From the NCBI GenBank assembly GCA_041480025.1, contig JBGOZA010000001.1, positions 1 to 49,199 of the forward strand: 49,199 bases of DNA, given 5' to 3'. This DNA comes from Candidatus Bathyarchaeia archaeon. Lineage in GTDB: Archaea > Thermoproteota > Bathyarchaeia > RBG-16-48-13 > GCA-020355125. The notes under the pieces were generated by a model. It was given only the letters and a program-made list of their open reading frames with translations, was not told the DNA's origin and made no database searches. Positions 16,741-25,827 of this stretch are shown here, piece by piece. Position 1 is the first letter of the stretch, and each line of letters opens with the position of its first letter. Position numbers and translations under genes: made by a program.

Positions 16741-16748
16741 CGCGCGCT
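16741..16748. repeat. alternating GC tract GCGCGCGC (non-coding)
   Basis: Read directly. Located in the 258-nt divergent spacer between htrA and ssb. Confidence 0.9.
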
Positions 16749-16928
16749 CTCAATACATCATTTCAAAGCATAGTCTAAAACCTAATTCAAACCTGACTTT
16801 TCCAATGAAATCATGTTAGAAATTCCAAAAAACTATCTAATTCTCACTCCATACACCGAAAAACTGAAATAGTATTCAAAGAGTCTAAATCGGTCAGACA
16901 AATACGAACTAAAAAGGCGTAGATTTCC

Positions 16929-17447
16929 ATGTCATTTAGCGACCAACCATCAGAAAGAGTCAAGGTAGAAAACCTGACCCCACGATCAAGAAGAGTGAGC
17001 CTAACGGCCAAGATAGTCTCCGTGAATCCTGTGAGGGAAGTAGCCTCCAGAAGAGATGGAAGCACCCACAAGGTCGGAGAATTCCTGATAGGAGATGAGA
17101 CAGGAGTTGTTCTCCTAACTCTTTGGGATGCAGATATTGAGAAAGTGAAAGAAGGCGATACAGTAGAGATAGGTAACGGTTACATCACCCTTTTCAGAGG
17201 ACAAATGCGCCTCAACATAGGGAAGTTTGGAACCCTTGAGATATCCAAAACCGCTATCGAAAATGCAAACCAAGGAAACAACATGTCTGAGAAGACTTAT
17301 GAGGAAGAACGCAGCAGCTACGGCGGCTACGGTCGAGGAGGAGGCGGCTTTGGAGGCGGCTACGGCGGAAGCCGAGGCGGCTACGGCGGAAGCCGAGGCG
17401 GCTACGGCGGAAGCCGAGGCGGTCGTGGATACGGTTCCAGAGACTGA
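16929..17447 (+). CDS. ssb: single-OB-fold ssDNA-binding protein with Gly/Arg-rich (RGG) tail
   Basis: The OB core (VSLTAKIVSV...GDETGVVLLTLWD...GDTVEIGNGYITLFRGQMRLNIGKFG) resembles crenarchaeal-type SSB. The tail is GGYGRGGGGFGGGYGGSRGGYGGSRGGYGGSRGGRGYG. Confidence 0.7.
   Translation: MSFSDQPSERVKVENLTPRSRRVSLTAKIVSVNPVREVASRRDGSTHKVGEFLIGDETGVVLLTLWDADIEKVKEGDTVEIGNGYITLFRGQMRLNIGKFGTLEISKTAIENANQGNNMSEKTYEEERSSYGGYGRGGGGFGGGYGGSRGGYGGSRGGYGGSRGGRGYGSRD
17358..17420 (+). repeat. perfect 3 x 21-bp tandem repeat (GGCTACGGCGGAAGCCGAGGC) encoding GYGGSRG units
   Basis: Units at 17358-17378, 17379-17399 and 17400-17420 are identical. Confidence 0.95.
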
Positions 17448-17533
17448 TCCACAAAACCTCTCCATCTATTCATATTTCCCCACTTCTGTTTTTTTGGGAA
17501 GTCTTACTCCTATTTCTGCAGGAAGATACAGTA

Positions 17534-19081
17534 ATGGCTGAACGCAGAGCAAAACACTGGTCAGAAACTCTATCTGAGGAAATCATAGCCGCCAAAAAGG
17601 AACCTTTTGTCATCGCTGCAGGGATTACAACCAGTGGACCAACACATATGGGAACCGTTTGCGAGTTCCTATATCCATATGCTCTAGCAAAGTATTTACT
17701 CGATGCGGGAAAGAAGGTTGAATTCATATTTATCGGAGACATAATGGATGCTTTCGACAAGATCCCTAAGCCCCTCGAAGAATATACCTCGCTTAAAGAG
17801 CATCTAGGCAAGCCTCTTTGCACAGTCCCTGATCCATTTGATTGCTGCGAATCATATGGTGACCACTTCCTAAGCAATCTATGTCAACTTATGACGGACT
17901 TGGAAGTTAACGCCAAGATTGTCAGGGCAAGCGATCTGATTCAAGAAGGAAGATACGACCCTTACGCAATCCTATACCAGAGGAAGCGGGAGAAGGTCGT
18001 CGAGATAGCGAGACGTGTAGCCGAACTCAGTGGTGTAAAAGGACTACCTGAATGGGTTGACGTCCTCATGCCAGTCTGCATAAACTGTGGCAAGATATCC
18101 ACAACGAGAGTCACAAGTTTTGACGGAGACATTATCGAATATTCCTGTGACAAAGATGTGAAATATACCCGAGGATGCGGTCATGAAGGAAGAATGCGCC
18201 TCAAGGACCACAAGTACAAACTCTATTGGCGTCTAGACTGGCCGAGTCGTCAAACATTCCTGAACGTCTCCGCTGAACTGGCAGGGATAGACCATCACAC
18301 CAGGGGTGGAAGTTGGGAAACCTGCATGATGATTCACAGAGAAGTACTCGAGAGAGAGCCTCCTGTAGCTCACAGATTTGGATTCGTTCTTCTTCAAGGA
18401 AGAAAATACTCCAAATCAAAGGGGATAGGACTCAGCGTCCAAGACTTGCTCCAGCTAGTTCCTCCACCACTGATAAAATACAGACTCTTTAAGCCTGATT
18501 TGGAGGAGAATAAGGAATTTGACCCATCGGGCAACAAACTTCTGTCCCTCTACGCAGAGTACAACAGAGCAGCAGACATTTGCGAGAAAGGTGGAACTCT
18601 TCAGCGAGCTGATGAAAAAGCGGTACTAGCATATAGACTCTCAACAAATGAACGACGTTGGTCAGTCGACTTTGCCGATCTAGTAACAGCTTACCAAATA
18701 TATGAAGACTGGAACAAAGTGGCAGAAAGACTAGGAGATGCTGAAGGAGTCAAGTACTTGCAGAAGTATGCTGAGAACTGGGTTAAGCAACAGTATCTTC
18801 CAGAGGAATACGTGTTCAGACTCGGTGGTTACAAAGTCGAGGATATCAGAGAGACAATCATAGACTTCGCAAATCGACTTGACGATACCATGACAGCTCA
18901 GGAAGTCCACGATCTAGTATACTCCATTGCAGAAGATCATAAAACAGCACCAACGAAGATCTTTGAAGGACTTTACCAGTCGCTCATATCTAAAGACCAC
19001 GGACCTCGCTTCGGAAAACTTGTTCAGACCCTAGGAGTCAGAAGCATAAGAGAAATGCTCCTCAAACTATACGAGAGCTAA
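17534..19081 (+). CDS. lysK: class I lysyl-tRNA synthetase
   Basis: 515 aa. ITTSGPTHMGTVCEF (HIGH-type) and KYSKSKG (KMSKS-type) motifs. N-terminal HW...IA pattern typical of archaeal LysK. Confidence 0.8.
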   Translation: MAERRAKHWSETLSEEIIAAKKEPFVIAAGITTSGPTHMGTVCEFLYPYALAKYLLDAGKKVEFIFIGDIMDAFDKIPKPLEEYTSLKEHLGKPLCTVPDPFDCCESYGDHFLSNLCQLMTDLEVNAKIVRASDLIQEGRYDPYAILYQRKREKVVEIARRVAELSGVKGLPEWVDVLMPVCINCGKISTTRVTSFDGDIIEYSCDKDVKYTRGCGHEGRMRLKDHKYKLYWRLDWPSRQTFLNVSAELAGIDHHTRGGSWETCMMIHREVLEREPPVAHRFGFVLLQGRKYSKSKGIGLSVQDLLQLVPPPLIKYRLFKPDLEENKEFDPSGNKLLSLYAEYNRAADICEKGGTLQRADEKAVLAYRLSTNERRWSVDFADLVTAYQIYEDWNKVAERLGDAEGVKYLQKYAENWVKQQYLPEEYVFRLGGYKVEDIRETIIDFANRLDDTMTAQEVHDLVYSIAEDHKTAPTKIFEGLYQSLISKDHGPRFGKLVQTLGVRSIREMLLKLYES

Positions 19082-19191
19082 CTGTCTGAGAACTAGCCTC
19101 TTGTTCCACACGGTAGCTTTAAACGTCTTAGAATGATACCTCCGAAATCAAACCTCCCCAGTTACGAACATCAGAAAAAGGAGATGAGCGT

Positions 19192-20361
19192 TTGAGCAAT
19201 CACAAGGATGTTGAAAACATCCTATCAGAATATGATTCGAAGAACCTCACAGTTGGCGTTCTGGGCTCACACTCCGCTGAGGAAGTCGGCATAGCAGCTA
19301 AATCAATGGGACTTCCATCAGTGGTTGTATGCCAGAAAGGAAGAGACGAACTCTACACAAAATACAACCACAGTCTCTTCGACCACGTAATTCTCATCGA
19401 AAAATTCGCAGATATCACTCAGCCCGAAATCGTTGGAAAACTGAGAGACCTCAACACAGTGTTCATACCAAACCGAAGCTTCTCTGTCTATGTCGGATAT
19501 GATGCAATCGAAGGAAAGTTCCCAATACCTCTCTATGGCAACCGATCATTGTTAAGAGCGGAGGAGAGGACTGAAGAAAAGAACCAGTACTGGCTCCTAC
19601 AGAAAGCAGGCATCAAGACTCCCAAGAAATTCGATACTCCAGACAAGATAGACCGTCTAGCAATAGTGAAGGTTCAACAGAAAGTTCGACCACTTGAAAG
19701 AGCCTTCTTCTACGCTTCGTCCAGACAGCAATATGAGGAGAGAGCAGAAGAACTTCTTAGAAAAGGAGTAATAGATGAAGCGGGTCTTAAGAAGGCAAGA
19801 ATCGAGGAATATGTTCTCGGCCAGAAGTTCAACGCCAACTATCAGGGTTGGTCACTCACAGACTTATTTGACGATTTTGATTTCGTAGGTTTTGACGATA
19901 GAAAACAGACAAACCTTCATGGCCTACTAGGACTTCCAGCCAAAGACCAACTAAACATCGATGTACCCATAAAGAATGAAGAAATCGGTCACTATGGGTT
20001 GACGATGCGAGAATCTCAGAAACCTCTCATCTATCGAGCAGCTGAAGCCTTCAGGAAGACAAGTCATGAAGAGTTTCCACCCGGTATGAATGGCCTGTTT
20101 GCTCTACAGGGAGCTGTTGCATATGACGCAGATGACCCCGAAAACAGATCTCTCGCATTCTATGTTTTCGATGTAAGTCCTCGAATACCTGGTTGTCCGT
20201 GTGTAGGTCCTACCTCACCAGAAATGCGTAGACTCACATTGAAGTATGCTCATCACCTGAAGAAACATGGCTTCGACAGAATTGAAACCCCTATGGACTT
20301 GCCTATGTTAGAAATCATAACCGCCGCCGAATCAGACCGATTAGTGGAGATCGTTACATGA
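19192..20361 (+). CDS. purP: 5-formaminoimidazole-4-carboxamide ribonucleotide (FAICAR) synthetase PurP, paralog 1
   Basis: 389 aa ATP-grasp protein. LTVGVLGSHSAEEV, FIPNRSF and YGNR blocks are PurP-like but more divergent than paralog 2. TTG start with GGAG 8 nt upstream. Confidence 0.7.
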   Translation: MSNHKDVENILSEYDSKNLTVGVLGSHSAEEVGIAAKSMGLPSVVVCQKGRDELYTKYNHSLFDHVILIEKFADITQPEIVGKLRDLNTVFIPNRSFSVYVGYDAIEGKFPIPLYGNRSLLRAEERTEEKNQYWLLQKAGIKTPKKFDTPDKIDRLAIVKVQQKVRPLERAFFYASSRQQYEERAEELLRKGVIDEAGLKKARIEEYVLGQKFNANYQGWSLTDLFDDFDFVGFDDRKQTNLHGLLGLPAKDQLNIDVPIKNEEIGHYGLTMRESQKPLIYRAAEAFRKTSHEEFPPGMNGLFALQGAVAYDADDPENRSLAFYVFDVSPRIPGCPCVGPTSPEMRRLTLKYAHHLKKHGFDRIETPMDLPMLEIITAAESDRLVEIVT

Positions 20362-21461
20362 TTACCAGGAAGAAGATAACAGAGATACTTGAGACATACG
20401 ACCCCCGCAAACTGACGATTGCCACAATAGGTTCTCATTCAGCACTGCAGATTTTTCACGGCGCACGCCTTGAAGGCTTTCGTTCGCTGAACATCTGTAC
20501 AAGAGACAGACAATCCACCTATGAAGCCTTCCCTTTGTCCAGAGCAGAGAAATTCATTGTAGTGGATAGCTTCAAGGACATACTAAGACCTGACATACAA
20601 TCAAAGCTGATCGAAGAGAATGCTGTGGTTGTCCCTCACGGTAGCTTCGTTGAGTATGTAGGTACACAAGATATTCTGGACAGATTTGAGGTCCCAATGT
20701 TTGGAAATAGAGAAAGCCTAGCATGGGAAACAGATCGAAAGAAACAAAGGAAATGGTTAGAATCAGCCGGTCTTAGGATGCCGCGAGAATACAAGGACCC
20801 CCTCGATATAGATCGGCGCGTCTTCGTCAAGTTCTCAGGTGCTCGCGGGGGACGCGGCTTCTTCATAGCGGAGAACAATGTTGATTTTCACGAAAAGCTT
20901 GAAGACCGTATCAAGAAAGGATTAGTAAAAGCAGAAGATGTCAAAGACGTTGCCATACAGGAATTCGTGGCAGGAGTAAGATATTACCCTCACTATTTCG
21001 CATCACCTCTGGAGAAATGTGGACTACCCCTTAAGACGGGTAGCCTAGAGCTTCTTAGCATGGATAAGAGAATTGAGCCAATAGATGAGAGCTACAGAGG
21101 ACTCCCTGAGATACCAGAAGAGTTCTTTGACTACACGGTCACAGGCAACCAATCCGTTATTGTTAGAGAAAGCCTACTCCCAGAAGTACTAGCAATGGGT
21201 GCCAGAACTGTAGAGAAATCGGTTGAGATTTTCTCACCTGGGATGATCGGACCTTTCTCTCTTGAAGCAGTATTTAGCCCAGCCAAGGGTTTCACTGTCT
21301 TCGAAATCTCAGCGAGAATTGTTGCTGGTACAAATCTCTTCCCCACGGGCTCACCATATTCTTCCTTCCTCTATGAAGAGCCCATGTCTACAGGACGTAG
21401 AATAGCTCGAGAACTAAGAAGTGCTTCTGAGAGAAATATGCTTGATAGAATAGTCTTCTAG
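20358..21461 (+). CDS. purP: FAICAR synthetase PurP, paralog 2
   Basis: 367 aa. LTIATIGSHSALQI, VVPHGSFVEYVG, FGNR, KFSGARGGRGFFIA, VIVRESLLPEV and PGMIGPFSLE closely follow the methanogen PurP pattern. Overlaps paralog 1 by ATGA. Confidence 0.9.
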   Translation: MITRKKITEILETYDPRKLTIATIGSHSALQIFHGARLEGFRSLNICTRDRQSTYEAFPLSRAEKFIVVDSFKDILRPDIQSKLIEENAVVVPHGSFVEYVGTQDILDRFEVPMFGNRESLAWETDRKKQRKWLESAGLRMPREYKDPLDIDRRVFVKFSGARGGRGFFIAENNVDFHEKLEDRIKKGLVKAEDVKDVAIQEFVAGVRYYPHYFASPLEKCGLPLKTGSLELLSMDKRIEPIDESYRGLPEIPEEFFDYTVTGNQSVIVRESLLPEVLAMGARTVEKSVEIFSPGMIGPFSLEAVFSPAKGFTVFEISARIVAGTNLFPTGSPYSSFLYEEPMSTGRRIARELRSASERNMLDRIVF

Positions 21462-21504
21462 GCAGAATCTGAAGAAACACTGGATTGCAAAGTATTAGTG
21501 GGCT

Positions 21505-22305
21505 TTAGGCCCATCTTCCAGATCCGTCTGGTCTGTCGAAAACCCATTCCTTTTTTCCGTATTTTTCTTTTATCAGATGTTCTGCCAACTCTTTCTCATC
21601 TTCCGAGAGGCTTCCAGGCAAGGCTTCTACACCAAGAGCTGCGGGCAAGGATTTTTTCAAAGCTTCTGTGACTTCTTCAAAGCTCATTTTCTTTCCTGTC
21701 TCTCTTCGAATCGTTGTGACCCTATCTTCCGCAGATTTGATCAGTTTATCACTAATCTTTTCCTGCGAGACTTTGAGGACTGTGAACATTGTTCTGGTAT
21801 CTGTGTCCAATAGGATTGTTCCATGTTGAAGCACAACTCCCCAGCGTCTTGTCTGTGCGTTGCCAGATATTTTTCTTCCACGAACATCAATATCGTTCAC
21901 AGGTTTGAATTCAGCGTCCATCCCCAAGGATTCCAACCCATTTACTATGCCTCCACAAATGAGCTCATACGATTTGATTATGTCTTTTGGGATCTTTTGA
22001 TGATCTTCGTTCACGATTACGCTATAGGTTACTTCTCCTTCAAAGGCGTGATAGACCGCTCCTCCTCCAGTCATTCTCCTAATTACGTCAACGCCAAGTC
22101 TAGCACATTCGTCAAGATTGACCTCTTGAGTAACAAGCTGGAAGTATCCTATGGATACAGCTGAAGGCTTCCATCTGTAGAAACGAATCGTGTTTGGAGA
22201 CTTGCCTTGTGATCTGAGTCTGCAAATCGCCTCGTCAATTGCCATATTAGTGTAAGCATCATACGTGTCCAGTCCAAGGAGGCGCCAAGTTTCCACCAAT
22301 TTCAC
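21505..22305 (-). CDS. lplA: lipoate-protein ligase A family protein
   Basis: 266 aa. RRMTGGGAVYH and KISGNAQ motifs of the BPL/LPL catalytic domain. Confidence 0.8.
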   Translation of the reverse strand: MKLVETWRLLGLDTYDAYTNMAIDEAICRLRSQGKSPNTIRFYRWKPSAVSIGYFQLVTQEVNLDECARLGVDVIRRMTGGGAVYHAFEGEVTYSVIVNEDHQKIPKDIIKSYELICGGIVNGLESLGMDAEFKPVNDIDVRGRKISGNAQTRRWGVVLQHGTILLDTDTRTMFTVLKVSQEKISDKLIKSAEDRVTTIRRETGKKMSFEEVTEALKKSLPAALGVEALPGSLSEDEKELAEHLIKEKYGKKEWVFDRPDGSGRWA

Positions 22306-22306
22306 A

Positions 22307-23314
22307 TCACTTCAAGATTTCATTCAGAATATTCGTTGTTTCTTGGGACTTAGGTTTCTCAGGATAGTTGTAAAGTTTTCCACCTGGGCGTTCATTGTAG
22401 TAAGGACGATTACAATCTGGGCAGCCAGATGTAACAAATGGAACCCCGCTGAGAACCTCGCTCTTGAGAAGTACTTCACTGACCCCGAATGATGATAGAT
22501 TACCTTCGAAGTCAAACGTCATCGCCTTGAAACTGGAGATTTCTTTCGTCAACAGGTGATGAGCCAGTTGCAATCTATGATATCGCATGAGATCTGGTTG
22601 AGAAGTTTTCTCGAGCTTACTCCCAGGTACTGGGGTGAAGGCGAAAAGCCCCGGATAGACTCCCATTTCAACCATTTCTTGAACTGTATTCAGAAGCTCC
22701 CAATCAGTCTCTCCAAGCCCCACAATTAGATGGGTACTGACCTCACCTTTGCCAAAAATCTTTACAGCACTCTGTAAAGCGTCGAAATGGCTTTCCCATT
22801 GATACAATCCACCTGCAGAGCCGCCTTTCAACCTATCGAATAACTCTTTTGTAGACGCATCCAGAGGTATCCCTATGCGGTTAACTCCTGCCTCCTTGAG
22901 CTGTTTCATCTCACTCTTCTTGAAAGGCATACATGAAACAGATATGGGGATTGAAGCAGCCCTTCTTATTGCGATGACTGTAGATATTGTTTCTTCAAAA
23001 GATCTGTCGTGATTGACTGTTTGCAGACAGACTCTGTGTAGCTCGTCTTTCTTCCAAGAGTATCCAATTGCTTGTACAACTCTCTCAGTATTGAATATTG
23101 GCCAAGTCACTCTTGAAAGAATGTCTACTCTACTGGAACTCTCTCTTGCCTGAGAGCAGAAAGCGCAATTGGAGGAACACCTTCCCTCAACATAACTCAG
23201 CAGGTATGCTGTTGTCGGTTCAGCATCAAGAAAACCCTTGACCAAACCCAGTTTTATGGCCGAGCCTATTGATACTCTTATGTTTAGAGGCTGATAGCTC
23301 TCCGAGAAATTCAC
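22307..23314 (-). CDS. radical SAM protein (BioB/LipS-like)
   Basis: CSSNCAFCSQ (CxxxCxxC) motif, HLIVGLGET block, extra C-terminal CPDC pair. Its stop abuts the lplA start. Confidence 0.7.
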   Translation of the reverse strand: MNFSESYQPLNIRVSIGSAIKLGLVKGFLDAEPTTAYLLSYVEGRCSSNCAFCSQARESSSRVDILSRVTWPIFNTERVVQAIGYSWKKDELHRVCLQTVNHDRSFEETISTVIAIRRAASIPISVSCMPFKKSEMKQLKEAGVNRIGIPLDASTKELFDRLKGGSAGGLYQWESHFDALQSAVKIFGKGEVSTHLIVGLGETDWELLNTVQEMVEMGVYPGLFAFTPVPGSKLEKTSQPDLMRYHRLQLAHHLLTKEISSFKAMTFDFEGNLSSFGVSEVLLKSEVLSGVPFVTSGCPDCNRPYYNERPGGKLYNYPEKPKSQETTNILNEILK

Positions 23315-23359
23315 GCCTTCTCAACGCCTTTGTTTTCAATGATAATCGCGAGATTCTTC

Positions 23360-24085
23360 CTATCCTACATCACTGGTTAAGGAGCTATTCGATAGTCCTA
23401 TCATTCTTTCGTATTCATATATGACCCTTGCCACGACAATCCATGCATCCAATGTCTCGGGGTAGATTGAGAACACGTCGTCTGCCAGCCTCATGGTCTT
23501 AGAATCAAATTCTCCCGCAGGGAACCCACCAATAAGGAATAGGGGGTTAGGTTCCTTCGCCACCGTCTCGACAACTTTTTCAATTGTTGATTTCACTCCT
23601 GCTCTGCTCAAAGCCACGATTCTTGATGCGTTGATATCACCAATATGGTTTGACAATGTTTCGCTTCTAATCTCCAGCAGAGTCTTCCCTTCTGCAGGAA
23701 CTCTTCCTAGACTATACAACTGCTCGATCAAACCAACGAAGCGATCATAGTTTCTTGGGAGACGTGTCTCAGAGTTAACCAATATGAGCTTATCCTCCCG
23801 TGTATGAACACTAGTTCTAAGCCCGCCTTCCAAGTTGAGAGGCGTCCCTAGAGCGTTTAGAAGACAGAAATGGGCTATGTCGGGTCGGCCTCTTTTTCGT
23901 CCATCCTCGATTTTGAGCATAGCAGCATGATGATATGAACGGTCAAGAAGCATTTCTCCCGGATTCTTTCTGAGGAGTCTTGAACGTTTCAAGACAGATG
24001 GATGATTCCACAAATTGCTCGGAATAGGCTCAATGGCTGATTCTGCCAGCACTAGATTCAACATATGATGAACTAGACTCGTCAT
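23360..24085 (-). CDS. nep1: rRNA small-subunit pseudouridine methyltransferase Nep1/Emg1
   Basis: LNLVLAESAIEPIP...GRPDIAHFCLLNALGTPLN is the SPOUT-class Nep1 signature. The track ORF extends to 24193, but Met37 (24085) or Met44 (24064) avoids overlapping the divergent rpp21 gene. Confidence 0.75.
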   Translation of the reverse strand: MTSLVHHMLNLVLAESAIEPIPSNLWNHPSVLKRSRLLRKNPGEMLLDRSYHHAAMLKIEDGRKRGRPDIAHFCLLNALGTPLNLEGGLRTSVHTREDKLILVNSETRLPRNYDRFVGLIEQLYSLGRVPAEGKTLLEIRSETLSNHIGDINASRIVALSRAGVKSTIEKVVETVAKEPNPLFLIGGFPAGEFDSKTMRLADDVFSIYPETLDAWIVVARVIYEYERMIGLSNSSLTSDVG

Positions 24086-24135
24086 GGGAAAAGCTTTATC
24101 ACAACAATCAGTAATCGAGAGACTCTGAGGAAAGA

Positions 24136-24504
24136 ATGCAGGGTTTGAAACCGACAAATCGCCACGCCAAGGCAAGAAGAAGAAACAGAACAATAGCTTG
24201 TGAACGCATGAACATTCTCTTGAATCTCTCTGTTGATATGTTAAAGACGAATCCGATGAGAGCTCAGCACTATTTCAAACGGGCTCGAGAGCTTGGCATG
24301 AGATACAAGATTAGATTTCCTCTCCAGTTCAGACAATTGATTTGCAGGAGCTGCAAACAGTTAATTGTTCCAGGAATAAACTCGCGCATTCGTCTACAGC
24401 GACGCCCAGAACCTCATAAGGCGATAACCTGCCTCGAATGTGGAGGCATTAGAAGAATACCTCTGAGAAGTGGCCGAAAAGATGTCGACAAAACGAGCAC
24501 ATAG
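24136..24504 (+). CDS. rnp4: RNase P protein component 4 (Rpp21/Rnp4)
   Basis: 122 aa. Basic helical N-terminus plus zinc ribbon CRSC...CLECG, with the RIRLQ pattern. Confidence 0.7.
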   Translation: MQGLKPTNRHAKARRRNRTIACERMNILLNLSVDMLKTNPMRAQHYFKRARELGMRYKIRFPLQFRQLICRSCKQLIVPGINSRIRLQRRPEPHKAITCLECGGIRRIPLRSGRKDVDKTST

Positions 24505-24787
24505 ACGACTGAAGAAGGAACTGAATCCAGAGAAACCGACTCTCTGGATAGGTAAGAACGGAATAGCATCAGATTTGGTGGAAGAAGCAAATAGACAATT
24601 ACAGGACAGAGAAGTTGTGAAGATCAGAGTTCACAGGATAGTAACTCTACCGGTAAAAGAAGTAGCTGATACTGTAGCCTCCAAGACTGAGAGCACGGTG
24701 ATTGAAGTGAAAGGAAGGACGCTCATAATATACAAGCCTAACAGAGGAGAAGACAAAAAGCAGACGAGCACTGAGGAGAAGTCTTAA
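24470..24787 (+). CDS. CRS1/YhbY (CRM) RNA-binding domain protein
   Basis: PTLWIGKNGIASDLVEEANRQLQDREVVKIRV is the YhbY signature. Start is either GTG 24470 or ATG 24482. Confidence 0.7.
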   Translation: MAEKMSTKRAHRRLKKELNPEKPTLWIGKNGIASDLVEEANRQLQDREVVKIRVHRIVTLPVKEVADTVASKTESTVIEVKGRTLIIYKPNRGEDKKQTSTEEKS

Positions 24788-24794
24788 AAGATAG

Positions 24795-24802
24795 TTTATA
24801 TT
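24795..24802 (+). promoter_or_regulatory. candidate TATA box (TTTATATT) for the S19e operon
   Basis: Located 45-52 nt upstream of the TTG start at 24847, preceded by the A-rich aaaagatag. Confidence 0.3.
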
Positions 24803-24846
24803 GGTCCTAGCGGATTTAAGACGCACATTAGAAAGAGAGTGAACTC

Positions 24847-25296
24847 TTGCCAACCGCTTACGACGTACCGGCTAACCTGCTAATTGATTTGACAGCAAAA
24901 CGCCTTAGAGAGAACTTTCAAGAGATCGAAGCACCCGTTACCATGACCTACGCAAAAACAGGCTCCCACAGGGAGGATATGCCAAAGAACGCTGACTTCT
25001 GGTACACCCGATGTGCTTCTCTACTCCGAAAAGTGTACTTCCACGGCCCAATAGGAGTGCCTCATCTCAGAGAACAATACGGCGGTTTATCGAAAAAAGG
25101 AGACGTTGGAAAACACAAGAGAGAGGCAGGAGGATTCTCTATTCGAAGACCATTAGAACAACTTGAGAAAGCAGGCCTAGTCAAGACCATTGATAAGAAG
25201 GGGCGCGTGGTCACAGGCAAGGGAGCTAGTCTCCTCGACGGTCTTGCGGGTGAAATCCTAAAGACCATGGCAAAAAGTTCAGCAGGCCCTCAATGA
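24847..25296 (+). CDS. rps19e: 30S ribosomal protein S19e (eS19)
   Basis: 149 aa. YDVPANLLI...WYTRCASLLRKVY...GG pattern. Confidence 0.85.
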   Translation: MPTAYDVPANLLIDLTAKRLRENFQEIEAPVTMTYAKTGSHREDMPKNADFWYTRCASLLRKVYFHGPIGVPHLREQYGGLSKKGDVGKHKREAGGFSIRRPLEQLEKAGLVKTIDKKGRVVTGKGASLLDGLAGEILKTMAKSSAGPQ

Positions 25297-25311
25297 TGAA
25301 AGACTGCCTAG

Positions 25312-25650
25312 GTGAATACCTTGAGTTCAGACTCGGAACTGGATGACATCAGGAAAAGAAGAATGCAAGAACTGCGTCGACAACTTGCTGATGAACAGTC
25401 TCAGAGCCAACGCATAGCTGAAGTCGAGGGAAAGAAGCAGTCTCTGCTCAGACAGATTCTCACTCCCGAGGCGCGAGAGAGATTAGGGAGAATAAGACTA
25501 GTAAGACCAGAATTCGTTGAGCAACTTGAACTACAGCTTATTCAAGCAGCTCAAAGTGGAAGGATACAGCTTCCCATAGCTGACACACAGTTGAAGGAGC
25601 TTCTAACGAAGCTTCAGACACAAAAGAGTAACACTAGTTCGAGAGGATAA
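25312..25650 (+). CDS. PDCD5/TFAR19-like DNA-binding protein
   Basis: ILTPEARERLGRIRLVRPEFVEQLELQLIQAAQSGRI matches the dsDNA-binding PDCD5 family. Confidence 0.7.
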   Translation: MNTLSSDSELDDIRKRRMQELRRQLADEQSQSQRIAEVEGKKQSLLRQILTPEARERLGRIRLVRPEFVEQLELQLIQAAQSGRIQLPIADTQLKELLTKLQTQKSNTSSRG

Positions 25651-25655
25651 CGAGT

Positions 25656-25811
25656 ATGGCGAGATTCAAACAACCAGCAAAGAAGAAAAGGCTCGCGAAA
25701 GCAAATAGGCTAAGCCGCCCTGTACCCGCGTGGGTCATAGCCAAAACAAAAGGAAAAGTAAGGACAACTCGCCACAGACGGAACTGGCGTCAGTCCAGAA
25801 TCAAAGTCTAG
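25656..25811 (+). CDS. rpl39e: 50S ribosomal protein L39e (eL39)
   Basis: Hand-translated 51 aa, below track cutoff: MARFKQPAKKKRLAKANRLSRPVPAWVIAKTKGKVRTTRHRRNWRQSRIKV. Sits in the canonical position before L31e. Confidence 0.85.
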   Translation: MARFKQPAKKKRLAKANRLSRPVPAWVIAKTKGKVRTTRHRRNWRQSRIKV

Positions 25812-25827
25812 AGGATGGTGCTAGAAT

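Noticed and set aside
17115-17541. Long ORFs on the minus strand (17115-17465, 17254-17454) and in an alternate plus frame (17227-17541) over the 3-prime end of the SSB gene.
   Set aside because: They are artefacts of the GC-rich 21-bp tandem repeat. Their translations are low-complexity (AAS/AEA repeats), whereas the SSB frame has a recognisable OB fold.
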